NCBI GenBank assembly: GCA_051362555.1
Contig: CM120640.1
Span: 57,080,788-57,144,787 of the forward strand
Origin: Lingula anatina
Lineage: Eukaryota > Animalia > Brachiopoda
Length of the DNA stretch: 64,000 nucleotides
Direction: 5' to 3'
Below are positions 41,656 to 55,494 of the stretch, in pieces. A program made the translations under genes and the position numbers. Below the pieces are notes generated by a model that worked only from the letters and a program-made list of their open reading frames with translations, was not told the DNA's origin and did not search any database. Every line of letters starts with the position of its first letter. Within the stretch, counting starts at the first letter, position 1.

Positions 41656-42432
41656 TTAATTTGCTGAGAAAACCCGAAATAGGATACGACATTACCTTTA
41701 AACAACTACTTAAAAATAGTGTTTTGTTAGGGATGAAAAGTTAAATACCAATGCACGAAAAAAAAAATGAATAGTAATGTTGAAAATAATAAACTTCTAT
41801 TTATTGCTCTAATTCACCATAATGTGATATAAGACTTCATAGCAGTGTTTATAGAGCAGATCAAAAGCAAGTCTATAGAGTTTCTTATTCTCTGACCTTG
41901 GTTAAATGTTTTTGAGGTATATCTGAGGTATATATGAACTGGAAATGTGAGTGACTGTACTTTTGTAAGTAACATATAAAAACTTCTTGTATTTAGTGCT
42001 AGATATATTAGTTAAGTGCTTTTTTGTGATTCACTGTTTCTTGCAGTCTATTCTAAAAATATACCGTTTACTCCTTTATTAATGAAGGATGTAAATTATG
42101 TAACATATTGAAAATCGTTTAGTGAGTCACTAAGCACTTAAAAGTGCTGAAAGTTCCTTCTTTTTTCATTACAAGCTTGACTGCACTTTTGCACAGTATA
42201 GCAAAGTATCTAGAGAAAACAACTTGTCCCGGAAAACATTGTGACATGAAGAGAACAGTTGTTAATCCAGTTTTTCAGTCAAATAGCATTTAAAATTTAT
42301 TGGTCACATTTTTTCTCTGCAGCATACAGAACACTGAATATTTGAACATTCTAAATAGGTCAAATAACTCTACCCTTATATTTCAGTCAAACATTCAAAT
42401 GGCAAAGCAGAGGTTCTACAGCTGGATGAAGA

Positions 42433-45400
42433 ATGGATAGAGAGCCCAATATTAAACAAAAGAAAATGTTAGGCCAGACAACCATGCCATCTGTGTCTGA
42501 ACTTCTGCTCAAGTTCAAGCAAAATGAAGAAACCAGTGGCAGTCCAGCCATAAAGAAGACTCCACCTTCTCCTTCAGGATTCAAGCCAGCTATAACTTCA
42601 ACTGTTAATAAAGGTAACAGCAGACCCAGCAATCCATATGTACCGTTTAGAAAGCAGTCAAATACAAATGAAGACTTAGAGGGTGGGGACATAAAGCCAA
42701 GTGAAAGAGCAAAGTCAAAGATAGTTCTCAAACCTGCATTAATGAATATAGATAAACCAAAGGAAAAATTACAGAAAATGTCAGATACTGTCCAGGTCAG
42801 CAAGCAAGATTCCAGTAATAGACCAGAACCAATGAAGCTCAAATCACAGGGACTTCAGGCAACTGATGATGACAGTGCTGTGCCAGCAACAGTCAGTGGT
42901 AACTTTGTTCCCTGGAGTGCAATGATATTCACAAGAAATTCAGGTAGTAACATATCCGTAAGAGGAGTGAAAAACATTGTAGCTAGAAGAAGTCAGCTGT
43001 TTGACCCAGGGGCTGATCCAGTAAAACAAGGACAAAAGATGGGTGGCAGGCAAGAATATAAAAATCCAACTCCCACTAAACCAAGCCCTTCAAATAATCC
43101 TGTGGTTCTTACAGAAAAATCTGAGGTTAAACTAAGGAAGAAAACAGCTAATGTTGACAGTAGATCAGTGAAGGCAAAGTCAATGTTGTTTGAAAACTCT
43201 GGAGAACACCAGTTGACATACCCGATGTCAAATGACAGAGCTTCTTGGCGTCATAGCTGGGGGTCAGACATCATAACAAACTCTGGAGAATTGTCCCATA
43301 GACAATCCAGAGATATTATCTTGGATAAAACTCCTTTAAAACCAAGGGCAGCAAGTGACACCCAAGCTGTTTTGATAAACCATCAAGACACCCTGAAAGA
43401 AACACAGCAACCTATTTCTGCAATTTCTGTTAAACATTTGCCAACTTTTGATCAGAAAGAAAATGACCCCTCGATTATTGAAAGCAAGAAAGTGGAAAAG
43501 GTCTCTACTCATAAATTGACACCTGAGAACGATACTCCAGAAATAAAAGATTCAACTTATTCATTAGGGAAGATGAGTAATGTCAAGAATATTATATCTT
43601 CATGCAATGGGAAGACATTGGAAGTACCTCATAGTACAGCAAAACCAATGGCCCCACCCCCTAAGCCTCCCAGAACATTTGAACATGATAACTACAAAAT
43701 GAAAAGCTATCTTTCCCTAAAACCAGACCCTGTTAGTCACACCAGTGCATCAGACCATGAGTATGAAGAAATAGAAGAATATACAGGGGACAATACTGCT
43801 GTATTCCACCACAATAACCGACCTCTTCCAGTACCTCCCCCAAGACCCCCTCTCCTGCAAAGACACCAAGGAACCAAGAGAGATCGGTTTAGCATAGAAA
43901 TAGTAAACAGTCAAGAAAAAAGCATTGCTAACAAGTCCCCAGGCAGGGAGAGACATCGAAATGTTAAGGAAGAATGGAAGCCAATTCACCTCAGCAAGCC
44001 TGATAGAGATGACAGTTTAAAACGCTATGCAAGTGATGAGTTTATATATTCAGAGCCCCAGCTAGAACCAATAGTGGATTCCTACATATCAGGGAGTCCA
44101 TTCTATGTAGATCCAATGGAACATATGAGTATACAGTCAGGGGAGGCAATGAAAGGGGAGTGTGGTTTGGTAGACAGACAGGTGAAGCTGGATAAGTCTG
44201 GATATGCCATCCCAGAGAGCAACACCCATGTAGCACTGAAAGGGTCCCGCAGTTTGGAGGTATGTTCAATTACAGGACTATAAAGTTGAGGTTTTGCTTC
44301 CCTGATTTGACATTTAATGATAAAAAATGTTTCTGATAAATTTATCAAAGTAAAGTTCAGTGTTACATATTTTTAATTAAGAGGCATCGTCTTATTAACC
44401 TTCCCATTTTGGATGTTGAAGGGGATGGAGTTTGACGGTGCGGTAATAACAATAAAAATGTTTAAGGTATGAAAGATGTTGCATACTAGATGATTATAAT
44501 ATATGCTAATCACACTTTCAATATACTTGGGTAAATGTATATATTCAGAGCAAGAAATGCTCAATTGTAGTGAAGCAACCTCATTTAAAAAATGGTGCAA
44601 TTATACTGGAAAGTAATTTCTAACATGTATAATGACCCTTTTTGTTGTTGAAATAATGCTTGAAGCAAGTGGCCACTCACTTGTACAATTCAGAACAATG
44701 GTCATAAATTTACTGATATGACTAGTGTCAGGTGGTTTAATGGACCAAGCTGTAGGCGAGGAATGTGTTACTCATACTGAACACTTCTAAAATTTGCCAT
44801 TCATCCAGGGTATCCACTGGCACTGTATGTGGGTATACCCATGGACCAAAAGATCTTGTTATTTGATCGCTACAGGAGAATTTCTAGAAAATGATGTCAC
44901 TGTTATTGTAGCTGTTGTGGGTGACTTGTCTTGACACAAGCTGCCGTGGGAGAAAAACAACTCTTTTATACTGGCATAAACTTTGAACTAGGAAGGGTTG
45001 TTTTATACCTCTTAAAGTCTTTTCAAAGAAGGAAGTTAGTGGTTGTTGCTGTTGTCATGGATGTCACGTACATCTTTTAAATGTGTTGGAAACATATGCC
45101 ATAAACATAAATTGACGAAAGAGGTAGTCTAGAAATTCCCCTTTCCAGAATTAAACACAGCATCCAATAAATTTTCAGAGTAGGCATGTTTATATTTTTC
45201 GGTGGCAAATGTGGTATTTGTAAAAGCAATCTCTAAAACAATGAATTTATTCAAATTAAAAAAAAAATGATAGGTTGAAAAATAATCAGGGATGTGATTT
45301 TTAAATAAAAAAAAAATTTGGGATAATTGCACAACATTGTCAATTCCCCCCCCCCCCCTCCACAAATCACATCCATGAATTAGAAAAATAAGTTTATGAA

Positions 45401-48400
45401 TTATAGGACAAAAGCCTCACTTAAAACTCTTTTTAAGATAATCATATATTTTTGTGCACTTATTAGGATGGAGTCTTAAATTAAATTATGGTAATTGTTA
45501 TACCTTTAACATAAATCATTGATTTGGTGACATGTCAGACCAACAAATTGGTATTAATTAGATATTTCATGCCACACAAACCTAATACATTTTTGGAAGA
45601 TTAGTATTTTTACAAATGTTTATTTTATTCAGTTGATAAAATTACACTAAAGCAATTGCACAAATAATATCTACAAATAAAAAAAAAAAAAGAGAGAGAG
45701 AGAGAGAGCAATGGTAAACATTGTTTTGATTTTAAAATCAATGTGTTATTTCACAGAATAATGTGGTGAGAAGAAATTCTAGCAGATTGAAGGAGAGAAG
45801 GGCAAAATTACCAGATCCAGTGGAGAATGAAAAATTGTTCTTTAAGAATATGCACAACTATAATGGGACAGATGCTCCAGTGATGCGAAGAAAACTACCT
45901 CAGGTTAGATTAATAATTAGTAACTCTTCTATTGATTGTACCGGAGATGTCTTATCTCTGCCTTTGACCCTACAATAAAGCCATACATTGTCACTGTTTT
46001 TTTGTGTTAACACTGTGACACTTTGACATTTGATGTTGTTACACAATTAAAAAAGTAGTAAAGAGCACTATTGCCGTAGCCTGTGTAACATGAAAATCTG
46101 ACTCCTGGAGTCAAAATTTCATAAAGAAAATCTGACTCCCCCCATGAAATTTTGACTCCCCCACAAGCCTAATAAATTTTACTTTATTTGAGTATATGAC
46201 TTTCATCTTGTAGAATGCATATTGGAGGATACATTGGCACTTTTTGTTAGTTTGCAGGTGAAAATTTTCATGGGAAAATAAGAAAATTAAAAATGTGTAT
46301 TTTACCACCCAATGACTCTTCTATGAAATAGCCATTTAATATTTGATATTTGGTGATAATTTCAACATCTTTCCTTTTGTTGGGCTTGCTATATATGAAG
46401 AATTCAATAAAAAGGCCAAGGGGACTGATTTCTTATTGAGCTAAAAATGAAATATGTTGCATTTTGACATGGTAGTCCAAATCCTACAGGAAGTAAGATG
46501 AATACTTGCTTTAAAAAATTATATATTTTCACCAAAGTTTTCACCACCAAACTTTCAAATACTAACAAATTATACATCACAATGCAAGCTATGTGGAAAA
46601 TAATGGTATGGTGACTAAATATAAAATAGGGCCTTTTTCTTCATTGGTATGAAAATGAAGATTTTTCATAATTTTTTTTTCATTTTTTTCACCCAATATT
46701 TTACCATCAAACTTATTCTTCATAAAGTTTACTAAAAGGAAAGATGCTGAAATAATCACCAAATATCAAATAAATAGCTTTTTCATAGGGAAGTCATTGG
46801 TGGTAAAATACACATTTTTAATTTTCTTATTTTCTCATGAAAATTTTCACCTGCAAACTAACAAAAAGTGCCAATGTATCTGCCATTATGCATACTACAA
46901 GATAAAAGTCATATACTCAAATAAAATAAGATTTATAAAGTTTTGTGGAGGGAGTCAAAGTTATGCTGTTTTTTTTTTCACTATTTTCAGCATATTTTAT
47001 CCACCGTTATACAAATAAAAGGAAAACCATGTGATATTTTGCTTTGAAACTTGCATGACTTACTCAAAGGTCTGACATTTAGATCATGATCGAAACTTAT
47101 CTCGATTTGTTTACTTTTGTTGAAGTTATGCTGTTTCGTGTATTAAAAATGGGTTTTCCTCAGACTTAATTCTTAGGCATGTTAACAGTCTCAGTATTGA
47201 ACTTATTATATTTGTAAAAGTGTTCATTGACATTTTCTGCATCTTAACAATTTTGTAAATTGCTTATATACAAATGATGGTAAACTGTTATTGTGTAATA
47301 AAGTGTCAAAAATGGAACTAAACTCATATCAGTGCAGTTTGTCAGATTCAATCTTTCACTATTTACAGAATCTCAGATTGGATATTTTAAATTGTTTTAT
47401 TGACATTTTTCCAATCTGTACAATTTATTAGTTAATCATTTAAAAATGAAAGTAAATTGGTTTTTGTGTATTATGTAATAAGACCTTTGCTAGTCACATT
47501 TTCTAGATATCTATGTTACCTACAGTGCATGATATAAAATTGATGGTGATTATAAGCTGTTAAGCATTTTTTAACATTGCATCAAAATATATGAAAAATA
47601 TTTTGTGTACTGCTCTAAAAAATAAAACTGTGTTACTTAATATTTTGTAACTTACAAGAATGATTGACACAAAGCTCAAATTGGCAAACCAACTTGATTG
47701 GATTATTTTTCTTTGTTGTTGTCTGTACATTTGACAGCTTTGCTGCCTTGTTGAATATTAGTTTAAATATATATAATAAATTTTGACTTTGGAATAATGT
47801 TGCTTATAAATCTTTTATGCTCTTATATGTGAACCTTATTTGTAGGTAAAGCAAAAGGTACGCCAAGCCTTTTCCATTCTACGCAGGGCTGTGAAGTCTG
47901 GTATAGATGACGACCAAGAAGAGGAGCACATCTATGATGAGGCACTGTCTGGTAAGAGTACATAGCAATATTAATTGCCTCAAGTGATGATTAGTAATGC
48001 ATTAAGTTCTTATTTATATATTTTGAGAGAGAGATAGAGAGCAGAGAAAGTACAGATACACTGAGAGTACTGATGGGAATAGGAGTTGTGATAAGATGTT
48101 TATTACAGACACATTTGTCATTGGTGATATTTGTGAGTCAGTGGTGTACAGAAGTGCAAATTCTGATACAATAATCTAATTACAGGTAGTCACAGCTGTA
48201 TTCATTGCTCATATCTTATAAAGAAGGCATTTTGGTATTAAGAACAGAACTAATAATGTCATTCATTTATATGAAAATTGACAATTATTCTTATTGTTAT
48301 TATTTACTGATATCATTGACATTTCTGTTTTGTAATAAAGGGCTATGAGCAAGTATGGGAGTTTTTGTCAAATTTGTGGATATTTGTGATAGAAAACATT

Positions 48401-51400
48401 CTTTCATGTGTGTCATAACGCTATGTTGTATTGTTGTTATCCAAATTGAAAAAATAGTAGGTCATGCATGTGAATTTTTGTACTCTACTGATGCTGATAT
48501 GGATGACTCCTCTGCTGCTGGTATGTATCCATGATTGACAGAATTACTCTCATATCATATGCTTATATAATGGATATATATTGTCATACCATCTATATAG
48601 ATAACTGAACATGGGACAGCCATGTATTGTCAGTAATTCTTTGGGACAACCACCATGTGCAATAAGAATATTTGGGCTTGGAATGTGGAGAATCGTTTTT
48701 TTTTTTTTTTTTTAACAGACATAAATGTTTTGAATAAATAAATAAGGTGAGAAAGGATGGAATTCACAAACAAAAAATTCAGTGTGCACAACAATTTGCC
48801 ACCCCTATCCGTTATGAAAGTTATGCTTACTTTCAGATGATACTGACAGTATTTATGATGAGCAGGAAGTCCAGAAGAAGCTCACTTATGTTCTTAGTCT
48901 CAAGGAAAAGAAGGTTAGTAGCGTTATGATAAAGGTCACAAGTCAATTCTAGATGTGTTTAGGTATGTTTAGGGACTGGAAAGATTTAATTTTGTTTTAA
49001 TATAAAAAACAAATGTTTATTAAGAAATGTTTTTTATAAGATCAATACTATGAAGTGCCACTGAACCCAAACAAAATTTGGCAAATAATGAAAGTCCCCA
49101 AGTCAGGAACAAATAATTTTGAACAAATGACATAAAGAATATGGGATGAGCATAGAGCTGATATAAGTGTATGTTATATGTGCATGTTTTCAAATATGTT
49201 GGTGCTGTAGGCAAACATTTTTTGATGAATAAGACAATTATTTCATTATAAATGAAAAAATATCATACAAAAAGAAAATAATGCTTACCAGTTATAAAAA
49301 ATGATTTGACAAAACTATGAATGGCAGGCATTGCACTATGATAATGTAAAGATTTCTTTGAGTCATGTAAAAGACTTCTTGCACATAATGAATATGTTTT
49401 TTTGCATCCAGCTTTCTAGGTCCAGCTTTACTGAAATTTAACTATTCTGTTTCCAGTATGCAACTCTTGAGAGAACTAAAGAATTTCAGGAGAAAATTTA
49501 CCCCCAGTTATTTGAGTATGCCATGATTGTGGAACTCCAGCCTGGAGAAGATGGCATGATGAGACCATGTGTGACATACAGATTTCCTCCCACAGTAAGT
49601 TTGGAATGTGTAGTGGAAATACAAGAATTCCAACTATATGCGCAATTTATGAAGGTCTTTCTAAAATATTTCTTTGGTTATTTTGATGCAATGTCACAAT
49701 CTTTGTCCCTCAAGATGAATTTGTGATGACCAGCATTTTTGTACTGAACTTTACAGGAACATGTTTAGGTTTATAAACTGTCAGCAGACTTGGGATATGT
49801 CTAATAATTAACTACGTGTTATCCTTCAACCCCTCCACTCCCTAACTCACTCAACAAAATTAACATGAATATTTACTGGAATATTGTTATCTCTCTGTCT
49901 GTGTCTCCATTTCATCTCTCCTTTTTACTTATTTATATTTTACTTAGGTGGAAGAGAGAGCAGCTATTCCTCAGTTTTGTTTCCCAGATGCCCAGCAAAT
50001 GAAACCAATGCTTCAGTATGAAAGGTGAACAGATGTTTTAATTAATGCTTTATAAAGCTTATAAATAAGGGAATGAAAATTATGTACAGACGCAGTGTGT
50101 CTGGATGTATAACCATCACCTGTGTCTTGAATTGCTGTGGCCATGCACTTTCCTGGAATTTTTATTTGTAAACCCACAATTAAAGGAAAACTTGCTTATT
50201 ATGCTCAAATGTATGGGCATGATTCATGGGTCTAAAAAAAGCTGGAGTTAATAAAACAGCTTGATGGGATTACTTTTCTTCCTTTTTTTGTGTGAATTTT
50301 TTCATTTTTTACAAATTGGCATTTTTCAGGTGTGACTTTGAATTCTCATGGATCTTAGCCGTGTACGGGTTACATATTCTGAATGTCCACAGTATCAGTA
50401 GTAAATAATAGAAAAACTGGTTATGATTATGCTCTTAAGCATCATGTATCATTGCATCAAAATGATGAAAATATATTTTGTACATTTCTATCACTAAATT
50501 AAGCAGTATATCTCCATATGTAACTATTACTTAAGGAAATAATGGTATGAAATTAATGAAGAGCTGTTGAAATAAGCTTTTTATTGTTCTGCAACATGTT
50601 GGTATTATATATCTTAGTTGGTTAAGAAGCCATATTCCTGCCCCCACCTCCTGTCTTCATCCTTAAAGTAATATACGTAAACTTCAAAGTTTATTCAATA
50701 GAAATTATTTAACAATATAAATAGCTATATTAATAAATATATTCTGTATCCTTATACAGTACTTTTATTATAGTCCAAGCTTGTGCTTTAAGATAACTAT
50801 GTAATATTGCTTATATTGCGTTATATTGCATGTCACCAAGATATCTGGAAAATAGAACTTCTGTTCTGCTGCAAACTTACTTGAATTATGTGGTGGCCAA
50901 ATAATCAGCATGTCTGAACTATGTTTGCACAAATTACCCCTTTCTTTTTCAGTAATGTTGTATTTTTTTTGCTGAAAATTTATATACTTTTAATCATACA
51001 GTTTTAAGTAACTGAAAAATGTATGGTAGCTTTAAAGATACATAGGAACCAAGCATCAAAGGAGCGTGGATTCTCAGTAATGCATATAACCTCTTCTACT
51101 AGTTTCTTATACATCTTAAATAAAGTTAAAATGCCAAGGGATTAACCGAATTAGTCGATGAGCCATAAAAGAGCTTTAAAATGACACTTCTATAAAAATT
51201 TGGTCGTAAATTGGACCTATTTATCTGACCTAATTATTTGCCTAATTATTTGCAGCAAAGCAAGCAAGTAGCAGAAAAATCCATTCAGATATCTATTTTT
51301 TTTTTTTTTTTGGGGGGGGGGGTCAAATGAAACAATGTTTTTGTCATTTCTCTAAATTACATTATTTGAAACTATGTGGTGATATTAAGTCCACTTTTGT

Positions 51401-54400
51401 AGCAAAAAATTGAGTTTTTATGCATCTTAAAATAGGTACCAGTGCCTAGTTATACACATTTTTTATTATGTATTTGACAAATGAAGCAACTGTATTTGTA
51501 AGTGTACATTTATTTGCTTTTCAAATAGCCATTATAAGATAAATTTTATTAAAAGTAACTTTTCTGGTGTTTTCAGTGAGAGCTTTTCATTTGTCTTAAC
51601 TAGTGAAGATGGAACACGGGACTATGGTTTTTGTAGGAGAGTTCTGGTGAGTGTATGCCACTAAATACTATATTTATTTGTAGAATGTGTGAAAATTTGA
51701 ACAGGAATATGTGTCAGGTATTTTCAGTTGCTGGTAGCATTATTTATTACCAGAGTTAGTGCAAATGATAACACATATATTTCGTTTGACTTCCAACAAA
51801 TTACAAGTACCCTGGTAGTTGCATTGCCATGTTTAAACATTTCATTTTCTGGTAATTGACAAAATATTTGTAAGAATGGTTGTAGTAAAATGTGAGTCTT
51901 ATATGTACAGTTAATATTAACATTCATTATTGAACATTCATTTGGTGATCTTAGTATTGAATAATATGATTCAATAACCCAGTTATTACATTTATTAAGC
52001 CCCCAGGGAGTGAACCCAGGTTGCCTGTAGTGTACTGTATAATAAGTCCTCTTGGAGCCTTTGGTCTGTACACTCAGGTCAGTGAAAATGGATTATTTAT
52101 ATAGAAATTAGCACTTAAAAATCATGCTTTGTTTGTTATGCTGTCCCTTGAGTCTTTTGTGTCATAACTATTAGTAAATCTTATAATGATCTTCATCAGT
52201 ATTCAAGAAAAATGCCATTTTTATCAATTCTTAAATTATTTCAGCTTCTGGAAGTTATGGACATAATTCACTCTACTCAGCAAGATTCACGTAGTGGAGT
52301 AACAGAATTTATTCAAGCAGCCTTTGGTAAACCTTTACCTAGCCCAGGGAAACTTATAAGGATTAGACACATGGTGAGGGGAATGACCTGTATGCCTTCA
52401 TTTTAGATTATTTTTAGGGTTATCATTTCTGAATAAAACCATTTTGATTAGCATATAGCCTGTCACAGTCTGTAGTTGTCATCAAAGATGTGCACATTTT
52501 AGCACCCTTACAGAACCATTGTTTGAAAATGGGTTAGAACTGATACTTTTTTGAAAGTTATGCTTTAACCTATATGTATCTTCATCATTTCATTCACTTA
52601 TTGAAACAACTGACTCTGAATTGTTGGCACATGAGGGTAGGTGAAAAGTCTCTGTGATCAGTAGATCCAGTTACTAATTACAAATATACAGCGTACAACT
52701 ATATTCAGCATTGCAGCCCAGTCATGAAATGGAGTGAGTCATCAAAAACATATACAAAAAACCAAATAGTAACATGTGTTTGATTTCATTTTAGGATGAA
52801 AATGGAGAAATTGAAACACTTGAGCTGAAGAGAAGATCAGACAACAGATTAGAACATGTGAGTTTATTCCTTTTGTTTGTCAAACACCCCCGCCTAAATG
52901 ACAATAAGCAAATAACAAAAAAAGGCTGTTTGGATAAAATGAATTTAGAAATAAGAAAAAGAAATAATTTTGTATTATGTTAATCTGTAACATTACAATC
53001 TGAGCAATACTTTAAATACAAAAGCAACACATTTTATGGAAATTATTTTTTTATCCAAGCAAAATACCCATTTTAGGTGAATTATAATAGCCTGTTCCAA
53101 CACCTTGGCATTCTTGAAGTGGTGAAGGTATTTGCCTCAGTATTACTGGAAAGGAGAATTTTGTTCTGTGCCAATAAATTGAGGTAATACTTTTATACAG
53201 TTAAGACTTCTCAAGCTGAGGTTAGTATGTGGTTTTAAAGACCCCAGAAAAGAGGTATTCACAATAAATCACTTTTACTACAACCAGATAAATCACTTTT
53301 CTGAGGTCTTCAAAGTGACATATTGACCAAAAGCAAAAGTCTGTTTGTGTCATTTTACAGTTCTATTCCTTAATGTCAGTCTCTTCCAAGATGACATCAA
53401 AAGTTGCATTATTGCTGTCATCCGGCATTAATGTTGTCTGATTAATAGTGCATTGCTTTTTCTTTGATTCGTCAAAAAAAAGTCAAACATACCATTAGTC
53501 AGTATTATGTTTGTTGATGACATTAATCAGTATTGTTTTATCAGACCTCAAATACACTGATATTAGATCAAAACCTATGCTAATAAACTGAGAAATCAGC
53601 CATTTGTTTGAAGATAAATTCTTTGACTTCCCCCTCCCCCATAAGATAGAAGTTTAATTGATTGTTTAAGAGCATGCATGTCATGGAAGCACTTAAAGAC
53701 ATTTTTAGTTAAAATTTTTGGTGACTAAATCTCCAGGGCAAATTCATATTTATTTGTTCCAGTACATTGACAGCGTGTGTGCAGGCCATCACTGCGTTAC
53801 TGTACCCATTCACCTGGCAGCACACCTATATCTCTGTGTTACCTGATGGTCTGATTGACATCTGCTGCAGTCCCACTCCATACATAATAGGCATTTTGTC
53901 TGCATTCAAGGATCAATTGGATGACTTGCCACTGGAAGAGGTAGACATCTATATAGTTTTATTATAAGCTTTTTACACAGATTTTATGTCAAAAACCCTC
54001 ACTCAGTATTACTCTCTAAATGCGCGACTGACAGATCCAGGAGATTGAGATATTCACAATCAGTTGTGACACCTTAAATAGCTGCAAAATATGATATAAA
54101 AGAGCACGCCAATTGGATGAGCTTCATTGAAAATTTGGTTATATTATTTAATTGAATATTAATAATACATTTTTATACTTGTAGGTTCTTATTGTTGATT
54201 TGGACAGTGGGCACCTGGAGAATGCAATAGGTGATGAAGAAAAGATTCTGCCAAAAAAATGTCAAAAGGCCCTGATCATGGCTCTTGAAATGGGCAAAGA
54301 AGATGTAGGTAAGCATCTTTTTATTTCAAATTGCCAAGAGATGTATTAGTTTGAATATAAGGAGAACCTCTTGTTCAGATCAGGCTTATTTGAATAAAAC

Positions 54401-55494
54401 AAATTGACTATTTGTTCCCATTTTTTTTGTGTTTTGTAAAATCATTGAGTAAAATTGTACAACACTTGGAATGCATTTATTGTGATTGAATTCCTGAGTG
54501 GTTAAACCATGTCAGTTGCAATCCCTGATATCAAGAGTCACTACTTAATTTCAGAAATAGCCAGCAATTTGATGATCTCGGAATCATTCATGCGTTTCTT
54601 TGTGGAAACAGTTGGTCATTTTGAGGACCACATTGGGCAACAGCAGGATGGAGAGGTGTCATTGCAGGTAATTTTACTTTACAGAGCAATTTAAAATTTC
54701 TCCTAATTTTGATTACATTCAAAAATATCATATGCAATGAATTGTTTCTTTAACATGATGATGTGAATTATTGTTTTTAGAAAGAAGCTTTCTCCAGAGC
54801 AGCCGATTCTAAGACTTTGAGGATGTTTCTAAGATGGTTCTGTGAGACACAGCTGTTTGAAGTATTTGTCAGACAGCAGGAAGAGGAACAGAGTGAATTC
54901 AGTATGTGAATTGAAATTTAAGAGACCACATCTAAATAAGTTGACAAGAAGTGACTGAAAAAGTATATGTGAAACCATCGAACTGTTAATTGATCATACA
55001 AAGCAAAAACAAACAAACAAACAAAAAAAAAATGCATTTGATATTATTGTTTTATGAGGCACATTAGTAGCAAAAGAACATTAAAAGATAATTAGCAAGA
55101 ATATATACATTTTACTGTTTTTTTTATTTTGCAGGTTTGTTTAAAACACGGATTGCAGAATACAAGAAAGAACTTGAAGAAATGGGACCTTCTTTCAGAG
55201 ATAATGTGAAAGATTTTGGGAATAAAGTAAAAAATTTAGGTAAAATGATAAATAAAATGTTACTTAAGCTTTGATCTTTTGAACTTATTGAAATGTTTAT
55301 TTTATTTGTATCAACCTTCCTGTTTAAATGAATTGAAAATAAATATGCTGGTTGAAATTAGTATTGCAATTTTCTGGGTTATGCTTAACATCCACAGAAA
55401 TCACTGCACATGAAATCCAATAGATATTTCAATCTTTCTATTTTCAGGGAAGCACATCAAAAAGGCATTTGTCCGTCAGAGTTCCGAAAATTAA
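42433..55494 (+). CDS. DENN domain-containing protein 2 family Rab GEF (DENND2A/DENND2B-ST5-like)
   Basis: Exons 42433-44259, 45757-45903, 47846-47951, (optional 48461-48520), 48837-48913, 49457-49594, 49948-50024, 51577-51646, 52000-52077, 52245-52373, 52795-52857, 53077-53183, 53763-53940, 54185-54308, 54555-54667, 54781-54901, 55135-55239, 55448-55494. uDENN/DENN/dDENN motifs: LFEY, AIPQFCFPDA, SESFSFVLTSEDG.R.YGFCRR, VFASVLLERRI, ALLYPFTWQHTYI.VLP..LIDICCSPTPYIIG, ISESFMRFFVETVGH, FL.WF.ETQLF. Long disordered N-terminus with PKPPRTFE. Confidence 0.93.
46151..46959. mobile_element. Foldback element with ~225-bp inverted arms
   Basis: 46151-46375 is nearly the reverse complement of 46735-46959; near-identical pseudo-ORFs appear on opposite strands (46111..46308 - and 46797..47018 +). 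Confidence 0.85.
46960..47752 (+). mobile_element. 5'-truncated HINE family A copy
   Basis: Homologous to 21850-22620; ends in tgtctgtacatttgacagctttgctgccttgtt. Confidence 0.75.
50080..50490 (+). mobile_element. Degenerate HINE family A copy
   Basis: atgtacagacgcagtgtgtctggatgtataaccatcacctgtgtc 5' end and internal ggcatttttcaggtgtgactttgaa shared with the other copies. Confidence 0.5.

Noticed and set aside
42427-42429. In-frame TGA before the DENND2 ATG read as selenocysteine
   Set aside because: No SECIS identified and no redox motif; a uORF stop is the simpler reading.
42387-42842. 151-aa antisense ORF (also 63482..63811 + and 3865..4149 +)
   Set aside because: Shadow ORFs on the strand opposite real coding exons, with no recognisable domains.
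53220-53328. ~35-bp imperfect inverted repeat in a DENND2 intron
   Set aside because: Probably a small decayed MITE; no second copy or TSD to support more.
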